A DNA stretch of 49,909 nt from Proteromonas lacertae (taxonomy: Eukaryota). The notes below the pieces were generated by a model, which was not told the DNA's origin, did no database searches, and worked only from the letters and a program-made list of their open reading frames with translations. The DNA lies in contig NGBS01000923.1 in assembly GCA_002245135.1 (NCBI GenBank), positions 1 through 49,909 on the forward strand, in the 5' to 3' direction. Both the position numbers and the translations under genes were made by a program. Below, in pieces: positions 1 to 8,600 of this stretch (its first letter is position 1; each line of letters begins with the position of its first letter).

Positions 1-2
1 GG

Positions 3-449
3 AGACATATTGATGATCTGTTTAAAGGAAGTACTGCATGGGACTGGTTGAAATGGGGTGTTAAGTTTTGTATGTGTACTATAGTATTAGGTGGTATTGA
101 TATAGCATTTAAATTTGTATTTCCAAATGCTTTAGGTGATTGTTTAGCAGGTATATTTAATCATGCTGTTAGAACAACTGATTATTGTTCAAAATTTTTT
201 GGTATATCCAGACAAAGTGTATTTAGTGCTTCATTAGTAGGATCATGGTTACCTAGCACATTTGAATTCATTAAAGCAGGATGGAGTAGCGGTGTGACTG
301 GTTTATTCAATTTTGCTATGACAAAGTTACAAGACTTTTGGAATTATACAAAGAACTTATTTAGCAATGTCTTTGAATCGCTCAAGAACTTCTGGAACTC
401 TGGGGCACGGCCGGAGCTTCATGTCCTACATATGATATACCTAGAATAG
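3..449 (+). CDS. 5'-truncated viral ORF with Trp/Phe-rich amphipathic helices; possibly a frameshifted upstream part of the 568-3438 protein
   Basis: Frame is open from position 3 (RHIDDLFKGSTAWDWLKW...). Amphipathic stretches such as FWNYTKNLFSNVFESLKNFWN. Confidence 0.55.
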   Translation, partial: RHIDDLFKGSTAWDWLKWGVKFCMCTIVLGGIDIAFKFVFPNALGDCLAGIFNHAVRTTDYCSKFFGISRQSVFSASLVGSWLPSTFEFIKAGWSSGVTGLFNFAMTKLQDFWNYTKNLFSNVFESLKNFWNSGARPELHVLHMIYLE

Positions 450-567
450 CTCCCCACCTCCAAGTACTTCAGATGCTACAGGTACATCAAGCGGCAGGAA
501 AGAAGCATGTAAGCTTTGATCTTAAATATGGGGGAGCTCTGAAGCTAATGCTGTTTATAACGCAAAT

Positions 568-3438
568 ATGGATGGAACAAATCCACCCACGGCGATTGCC
601 GTGGGTGGATACGTCCATCCATATTTTCTTCAAGAGTCTTCTCAACAGCCACCTATAGATATAGGTTATACATGGAGACATTTAGGTAGAGGTTTAGATT
701 CTATAATGGGTAAAGGTAAATTGGACAAGTATAGAAGACACAAACATAAACACAGGTTATTAAAGAAGCTCCCACGGAGGCATCTCTCTCATTATAAAAG
801 ATTATTAAAAAAGGGAGGTAGTATTAGTAATAATAATAATCAACCAGGTGGTGGAGCAACAAGAATTCCAGTAGGTACATTACATCCACCAAGACCAACA
901 CCTATTCCAGCAACTTTTGAATATCTTAAACCAACATATAAAGTAGGTTATGATGTACATCAGAATTTAGTATTTCCAAATCCACGTTTACAAGTATGGG
1001 ATGAATTAACAGGTAACTATATAAATAAAGATTTACTACAGCCATCTCAAATCCCTGACTATATCAGAGCAAAATTACCAACAGGACCTGTTGGACCAGA
1101 TTATGATTGGAAATTGGATGAAATTTTACCTCAATTAAATGATCAAGGTAGGAGAGAATTGGGTGAAATAATAGGAAACAATTATGCAAGTCAACAGCCT
1201 TTAATTAATCCAAGATATGTTTATGGTGATTTAGCAACTAGAGATGTTAATAGTAATAGAGGATATTTTGGAAGACAAGCTGAAGATCTTATGGTGATGG
1301 GAAGACCAGCTGTTGATATAGATGCTTCAAATCCTCGTGCAAGTTTTAAATATTTGGGTAAAGATTCATTTATAGATAGTGCAAAAGATTTTAAGGCATA
1401 TGATAATGGTATATTAAGAGTAACAGATCCATTAGCTGAATTCAATCCAGAATTAGCAAAGTTAAGCACAGATGATATAGAAAAGATAATTAAACCAGGT
1501 TTAATGGAAAGATATCACACATGGGATCCCTTAAATGTTTATGACTATGATGATGCATATATAGATAAGATGAAGCTTCAAATGAATTTGTTGGTAAATG
1601 ATCGTAATGATGCATTAATTAAAATGAATCAAGCAATACAGAGAGGTGATGAACAAAGTGCTAAATATTATCAACAATATTTTAGTCAATTAAACAGTAG
1701 AATAAAAGAAGATAAAGATATCATTAGAAGAGCAAGATTGTATGAAATGGGTAAAAGGAATTCAGATGTTGCAAAAAGAATGGAGACAGCACAAATTCCT
1801 GAAGATATGTTACCAAAAGATCCAAACACTATAGTCGATGAAAGCGAAGTAAGAACAAACAACATGATTGATTCACAAAATACTAAAGAATGGACTAATG
1901 ATGAATTCAATAAAACAGTTTTAGGTCATCCTGTACCTAAAGAATGGCAAAATGGTGACTTGAATAAAAGACTTCAGATAAGTATGAAATTGTTCAAACA
2001 GGCATGCAGTCAATGGAAACAATTTGAAGGAAGTCAACTACAGGAAGCACTTAATAAGATGACTGAAGGTGATTTTTATGGTTTCGCGAGTAACTTATTA
2101 TCCTGCGTGAAGAATATTTTTAGAATTTTCCCTATCTTATTTTATACATTCACTGGATATTTGCATGGTGGTGTCACTGCAGACATGAAAGAAGTTGATG
2201 TTGCAATGAAGTACTGTAATACAATTATCATTACATGTATAGCATATTACTTGTGGAGAAAGAATAAGTTAGGAAATTATGGGTTCATTACAGTGTTATG
2301 GTACTACATGTATGACTACTATGATATAATAAGAAAATTAAGTGGCAATCGTATACCAGATATTTATACTTTAATGGATAACAATTATGACAAAGTAAGT
2401 AAGTTGTTACCTGAATCACTTCAAAATTCATGGTTACCTTTACAATTTTTATTCAATGCATTTACATCATTCTTCACGAACTCTCATCCTTATGTTAAAG
2501 TATTAGCAAATGCAGCACCACTATTCTTTAAATTTGCAAACTTTGATAAAATAAATACTAAAAATGGAATTACAGGACTCTTGGGTGCATTACCAAAATC
2601 AGCTACAGATGTCAAAGGATGGATAACTTCTATAGGTACATATGGTACAATACTTAGTGCATTTGGTGCAGTAGCAGGTTTAATGGCTCCTTCAGGATTG
2701 TCACAATTCTTAGATAATGGTATCATACCAAAGAATGATGTAGTCAACAACACCTACAATGAGTCAAATTTTCATCCTAAAGGAATCAATTTACCTAATG
2801 GATTAACAAATTTTCAAGCTGGAACTATGAATGCAATACAATTAAGTGAGATTATGAGACTCATGAACCAGTACGGTTATGGTGGAAGAGGTAAAAAAGT
2901 ACATTCGCGAAGGATACTTTTGACTAACATCAATGGTAAAGGAGCATTATCGAACTTCGACATTGAAGAAATTATTCAAAAAGAATTCAATGATTTTGAT
3001 AAGAAGTTCAAAGGTTGTTTTTGTTGGGATGAATTGATATTACCAATACCTAACAAAATGGATCAGTGGGGAATCATTATCAATACACTCACTACTAAAG
3101 CAAAACCAGATAGTGTAGGTCATTGGGTTGCTTTAGTAGTAGACAATGATAAGAAGATGTTCATGTACTATGATTCTTTCGGTGAGGATCCTCAGAAACT
3201 AGAATATTTCAAAGAATGTTTAAAGAAGTTCAAGAAATTTCATGAAAAACCATATCAGTTAAAAATCAATGCAGTTCAAAACCAGAATAGTAATACAAGT
3301 AATTGTGGTTTTTTCGCAATCAATTTTTTGAACGATATATTAAATAGAAAAAGAACATTCAAGCAGGCTACAGATTTTAATACAGTGGTAGGTGAGAAAA
3401 GAGTAGCAATGATGAAAAAAGAGTTTGGAATAGTATAA
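568..3438 (+). CDS. 956-aa virion protein/polyprotein with a C-terminal adenain/Ulp1-like (clan CE) maturation protease (domain ~2944-3438)
   Basis: Motifs GIIINT...VGHWVAL, MYYDSFG and QNQNSNTSNCGFFAINFL give the H-D-Q-C catalytic set. N-terminal K/R/H-rich tract and central hydrophobic helices. Confidence 0.88.
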   Translation: MDGTNPPTAIAVGGYVHPYFLQESSQQPPIDIGYTWRHLGRGLDSIMGKGKLDKYRRHKHKHRLLKKLPRRHLSHYKRLLKKGGSISNNNNQPGGGATRIPVGTLHPPRPTPIPATFEYLKPTYKVGYDVHQNLVFPNPRLQVWDELTGNYINKDLLQPSQIPDYIRAKLPTGPVGPDYDWKLDEILPQLNDQGRRELGEIIGNNYASQQPLINPRYVYGDLATRDVNSNRGYFGRQAEDLMVMGRPAVDIDASNPRASFKYLGKDSFIDSAKDFKAYDNGILRVTDPLAEFNPELAKLSTDDIEKIIKPGLMERYHTWDPLNVYDYDDAYIDKMKLQMNLLVNDRNDALIKMNQAIQRGDEQSAKYYQQYFSQLNSRIKEDKDIIRRARLYEMGKRNSDVAKRMETAQIPEDMLPKDPNTIVDESEVRTNNMIDSQNTKEWTNDEFNKTVLGHPVPKEWQNGDLNKRLQISMKLFKQACSQWKQFEGSQLQEALNKMTEGDFYGFASNLLSCVKNIFRIFPILFYTFTGYLHGGVTADMKEVDVAMKYCNTIIITCIAYYLWRKNKLGNYGFITVLWYYMYDYYDIIRKLSGNRIPDIYTLMDNNYDKVSKLLPESLQNSWLPLQFLFNAFTSFFTNSHPYVKVLANAAPLFFKFANFDKINTKNGITGLLGALPKSATDVKGWITSIGTYGTILSAFGAVAGLMAPSGLSQFLDNGIIPKNDVVNNTYNESNFHPKGINLPNGLTNFQAGTMNAIQLSEIMRLMNQYGYGGRGKKVHSRRILLTNINGKGALSNFDIEEIIQKEFNDFDKKFKGCFCWDELILPIPNKMDQWGIIINTLTTKAKPDSVGHWVALVVDNDKKMFMYYDSFGEDPQKLEYFKECLKKFKKFHEKPYQLKINAVQNQNSNTSNCGFFAINFLNDILNRKRTFKQATDFNTVVGEKRVAMMKKEFGIV

Positions 3439-3459
3439 AAATTAATTAATTATTATTAT

Positions 3460-3846
3460 CTAATCTTTATGGGGTTTTAAAATATTATTTAGTATAGGCA
3501 TTACCTCTTCTATTGCTTTTTCTAACTCTTCTTTAAGACACTGTGTAGCTAATCTCTTACTCTCTAAACGATTCATCAATTCAAGCACTTGTTCATCCAA
3601 ACCTAAATTGTATGCTTCATTGAGCTTCTTACAAGTTACTATTATATTCCCTGCTTTCTTTAATGCGTTTTGGTACTCCAAACTACCATCATCTTTGTGA
3701 TTGATATATGTGCTGCATAATTCGAACCACATGTCAAATGCTGCTTCTGCATTTTCTTTTAACATCATTTCCATTGTTATTTGATACCTATATAAACGAA
3801 AAATAAAAGAAATACCGAATTTAGTTCGTTTCGCGATCTTTGGCAT
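3460..3846 (-). CDS. Small helical hypothetical viral protein; likely true start at ATG 3774 (MEMMLKEN)
   Basis: ORF packed between viral genes. A 28-nt GT-AG intron-like segment (3788-3815) lies just upstream of the internal ATG. Confidence 0.6.
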   Translation of the reverse strand: MPKIAKRTKFGISFIFRLYRYQITMEMMLKENAEAAFDMWFELCSTYINHKDDGSLEYQNALKKAGNIIVTCKKLNEAYNLGLDEQVLELMNRLESKRLATQCLKEELEKAIEEVMPILNNILKPHKD

Positions 3847-3878
3847 TTTCGTTACATTTCATTTTTTTTTAAGAATTC

Positions 3879-4316
3879 ATGAAGTATTGTTTTAGTCATG
3901 GTGACCAAACTATTTTTGGATTCGAGAAGTATAGTGACGAGTGTAGATGGAAGATATATATTCCAAAAGAAGCTAAAGATATAATATGGTTCTCATCATC
4001 AAATATCAAAGCACCTTTGGTAATAAATTATGGCCAGGCTGTAGAAGATAGATATTGTGCTGGCTGCCCTACAATTTCACCTATTCCCAACCATGGATTT
4101 TACGAGATCTTCATTCCATCAAGATACAAACCAATTATTGTATCTACAATTGATAAGGAGTTTTTATTACACAATGTGTTGTATCTTGCAAGAGGTCAAA
4201 CAAAAACAGAGAAGAATCAAAAAGTAATTAATGCAAAGACAATTGTTGCTCCACCCAGAAAACAAGTTAATAGCTATGATGTTGCTTGGTTGTTAGAACA
4301 GCTTAAAATTAATTAA
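3879..4316 (+). CDS. Hypothetical viral protein (145 aa)
   Basis: ATG-started ORF, divergent from 3460-3846 and convergent with the integrase (4-bp gap). Confidence 0.65.
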   Translation: MKYCFSHGDQTIFGFEKYSDECRWKIYIPKEAKDIIWFSSSNIKAPLVINYGQAVEDRYCAGCPTISPIPNHGFYEIFIPSRYKPIIVSTIDKEFLLHNVLYLARGQTKTEKNQKVINAKTIVAPPRKQVNSYDVAWLLEQLKIN

Positions 4317-4320
4317 TTAA

Positions 4321-5614
4321 TTACACAATTGTATTATCACCTTTTCTGATTCGAGGTCTTTCCAAAATATGTCTGAAATTTGTTTCAGGATCCCTTCTAG
4401 CTACTAATTGAAGTTCATAGTGCTTAAACCTATATCGAGACACATCTTCATCCCAATTTCCATTTGTATCTCCTAACATATAAGAGTATCTGTTCTTCTT
4501 TATAATACGATATATCTTATCTGACCAATAAGTGTTTTTATCCATAGGTCTTCTTCTCTCTTTAAATCGAACTAAATCTCCTACTTGAAAATGAACTTTT
4601 AATTTTTGTTCATTATTAAAATTGTATTTGATTGATTCCATTAACATTCTGTTTTGTAGTTTAGGACTATTGTATACTTCATTAGGTGTAAAATCTCTCA
4701 AACTTGATAATGGTTTGTTGTTATAGTCATTCACAGCTTGCTGTACAATATCATTGAAACGTGCTAACCACTTTTGATCGATGATTTCTCTTCTATCCCG
4801 TCGATCAATATTAGCTTGAAACTCTGGTGCTTCTATTCCTAAGTCTATCAAGTGTTTATATAATAGTTTCTTTATTACACTTACAGATTTATCTAATATA
4901 GCTTCTATTCTATGTTCATTAGGTGCTTTTTGATAGAATGTTATTCCTTCCTTATCACAGAACTCTTTAACTACACTAAAACCACTTTCTAAATCAGCTA
5001 AAATACTTACAACACGTCTTTTTGATACTATTTCAGAACCATCTTCATTTGTTTTAAAATACCATGCATTAAAAGCTCTCATTATATCTAGCAGCTTTAT
5101 TGCTTGACATTGGTATCACCCATACTTTTCTAGAGTTTATTTCTATTATATATAAATGATATAATTGAGGTAAGAAAAAGACAATATCTAATTGAAAATA
5201 GCCTGGTTTCTTAACAGTTGCAAAAGGTAAATCTTTATTGTATTTGAAATCAACTACTTGACGACCTGGTTTACGTCTAAGATACTCTCTAACAACATCA
5301 TAAGGAGGTGGAACTTCATTCTTTCCAATAGCTTCTTGAGTTAATTTAATAAACTGTTTTTCACTTAAATAATAATACTGTTCATAAAGTCTATCTAAAT
5401 ATTCTCTATACTGCTCGATTTGTCTTGACATTTCATCATCATCATACGGATCCGCTCTTGTAAAATTCTGTAATGGCGGTGGTGCATTGTTAAAATTGCT
5501 CGTAAGGTTTGATTGGTTTGTTTGATCAACAAACTTATATCCTGGTGGTAGTTCTTGAGTTGCATTTGTATTTGACTTAGTGTAAGGCTGATTATAATAA
5601 GAATTAGTAAGCAT
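4321..5614 (-). pseudogene. Polinton-type rve integrase split by a +1 frameshift near 5089
   Basis: Upstream ORF has PGYFQLDIVF...IIEINSRKVWVIPM. Downstream ORF has ILADLESGF, AILDKSVSVIKK, YNNKPLSSLRDFTPNE and FQVGDLVR...YWSDKIYRI. Skipping one base joins NKAA to DIMRAF. Confidence 0.88.
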
Positions 5615-5673
5615 AAGAAGAAAAACACAAAAGTAAAAGCATACACAAATATATTGAATATATCCATTTTATT

Positions 5674-8600
5674 CTAATTAATGCTATTTTCATCAATATT
5701 AATAACATTATTATTATTATTATTATTATTATTATCGACAATATCTGTAAACATTGGTGGTGGTGGGCGACTTATAGTATAAGGAATTGAAGTTAAAACA
5801 TTCAAGTAAAATCTCTTTATATCAAAGATTGTAAAAGCTAACTTTGGTTGTTTAACTGTGTATACTACTTGTTTTGCACTTCTGAAACTATATTGATTAA
5901 CATAAACTTTACTTAGTTCTTTACTTTCTAAGATATTCTTGTAGTAATCATAGTCACAAGTCTTTATTCTGAAACCTTTAGTTACGCCTTTTGCTCTGCT
6001 ATCAGACACCTTTAAATGCGTAAATCCATCCACTCTTTGCTTCTCATAAGCATACATCTTTGCTTTCAATCCACAGAATTTTGTTATTGTATATAATTGA
6101 TCACTTTTGTTCTCTTCCATTTTAAGTAAATTCAGTTCACCTGTTCTTTGATAGTTCTGATAACGAATACCTCTCTCTTTAAGATAATCACAATTAATAT
6201 TACCAGTATCCATGCAACCTTGTAGACTTAAATCATTAGCAATATCTTTGTATATATCATCTGTCCATACCATAAAGATAAAAGAGTCTGTATCTGTCAT
6301 TAATAAACGCAATCCTTGTTTATACTTTTGATATAATTGTCCATACCAAAACTTTGCCATAAGATACTTTGATTGGCAAAGAATGGACATTCCAATATAG
6401 CTTGGCTTATCTATTGCACACTTGTATTTTTTAAACTTACACACTCTCAAGTCACAACCATCAATTGAAACAAAACCAGTAAAGTATGGATTGCTAACAC
6501 ATTTGAGGAATTGGTCCTCATTATTAACTAGTCTACTTCTACATCTATTCTCAGTATTCTCACATGTCTTACCATATGCACTATTCAGGATTAGTTTAAA
6601 CGTATCAGCTTCTGCATCTCGATGGAACTTCTTTGCATCTTTTCTTAATAGATGGCATTGCATAACAAATTCATACGCATAATCTGTTTCACAAAAACTA
6701 ATTACTCTCCATACTTTGGTTACTTTATATCCTAACTTCACAGCATAGTTTAGATATTGATAATGAACAACATAATGATACTTGTTGGATAAATCACATA
6801 TTATTCTTGCTGTATTATTCTTCAATACTTCTTTGCCAGACTTTTTGTTGACAGCTACTAATCCTAATTCTCTGGCCCATTGCTTCTGTGTTGGTGACAA
6901 ATCTTCATATAATATTATCTTTCTTTCAGGAAATAAAGGATACTCTGAAAACTTGCCATTTGTATTATCTGGAGGTTCTATATCAACTTCTAATATATAA
7001 CCTCTGCTCTCTGGATCCTTCCACAGCTTCTGATCTTCTACCATAAATGATCTTTTTAAATCCTCATAAGGCTTTAATTTTGTTATAACATTATCATAAA
7101 TTAATTGAGGATTTGGTTCCCATTGAAAGTCTTTATAGGGTAATTTCATTGATGCCATTGTAGAAGGATATAGAGAATTATAATCTACATACATAATATA
7201 TGTTTCTTGTTTTGGTGGATGAGAAGTATGATCTGAAAAGTATGGAGGATCCATGTAATGATTTTTAGCTTCTGCTTTTCTCGTAGATCCAATCATTGAA
7301 ATTCCACCAATAAGACCTTTTCTCATAAAGTCATACTTGTCTTGATCTGATATTAGTTCTATATCCACTTTGGATTTTTTAAGGAATATACTCCAGGCTA
7401 AACCAGGACATGATACATGCCAGCATGGATCTAATGTAAACGTTCTAAATACAACATTCCTAAAGTGATCGAATACACTAGATAATGTAAGAACATCAAT
7501 TGCTAAATAGAACATATTGTAATCCATCAAGTTTTTACATTTCAATAGAGTCCAGAGAGCTTGAGATGATTCATAATCATAATCAGATATACCTTCATTC
7601 TGTTTTAATTGAGACTTAAAATCTTCTTTTCTAGGTAATTTATCAGTAAGGTATAACTTTTGAATACTATCTACGTATTCGTAGGGAAAATGACCTTTCT
7701 GTAAACCCCACTTAGCTATAAAATCATCTACTGTCCAGTTTCTCTCTTTTAAACAATCATTTATCTCTTTTGTTTGTGTTACATATTGATAAACTGGTTT
7801 AAAGAGTACTTTATGATTAGCATGTGCATCAGCTTCGACTTTCAATGACTTTACTAATGAATCTAATGATGCTGGCATAAATTGACAACTATCTATAAAG
7901 TGTAACTTCATGAACTTGATAAGTAAAAACTTATTATCAGTTTTTAACAATACAGATAGTTTTGAATGATATTTCTTCTTTCTTGGTGTTGGTTGTTGTT
8001 GTTGTTGTTGTTCAGTTGTTGTTGTTGAATTAGGTTGTGAAACAATAATATTTCCCATCTCTTCTTCTAATCCAATATCTTCTGCTGTTCTTGGTGATAT
8101 GTAATGATCTCTACTATGTAACATGTAATACAACTCATTAAATGCTTCTTCATTTGCTGGATCATTCTCATCAACTATTTCAATTGCATTTGGTGGTATT
8201 TCTGGTAATGGCAAATCAGAATCAGTATCTTCTTCTGTTTCTGCATCTTCTTCATCATTATCAACTGTTTTTGCTTCTTGTTCTTGTTTCTTTTCTTCTT
8301 CAATACCTCTATTGTATTCAGCTAATCTATCAGCAATTGGTTCAGGTTCAGGTTCAGGTTCAGGTATTGGTAATTGTATAATTTCATTATCTTCATCATC
8401 ATCATCATCATCATCATTTGGAATAGGAATATTATTATCATTGTACCATTTTGCTTCCATTTCTTTATCCAACTTTGATAATCCACGTATTATAAAGTTA
8501 TTGTCATAGTTTTTACTGTTGTGTGCCAAACATGGTATAGGCATATGTTGTAAACTACAATGCCAATTACAGTTTGAACATAAGGTTGCAATATACTTGC

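Noticed and set aside
5395..5667. 90-aa hydrophobic ORF overlapping the integrase start
   Set aside because: The hydrophobic part derives from a T-rich intron-like or 3'-signal tract. It may supply a spliced first exon, but I cannot support it as a separate gene.
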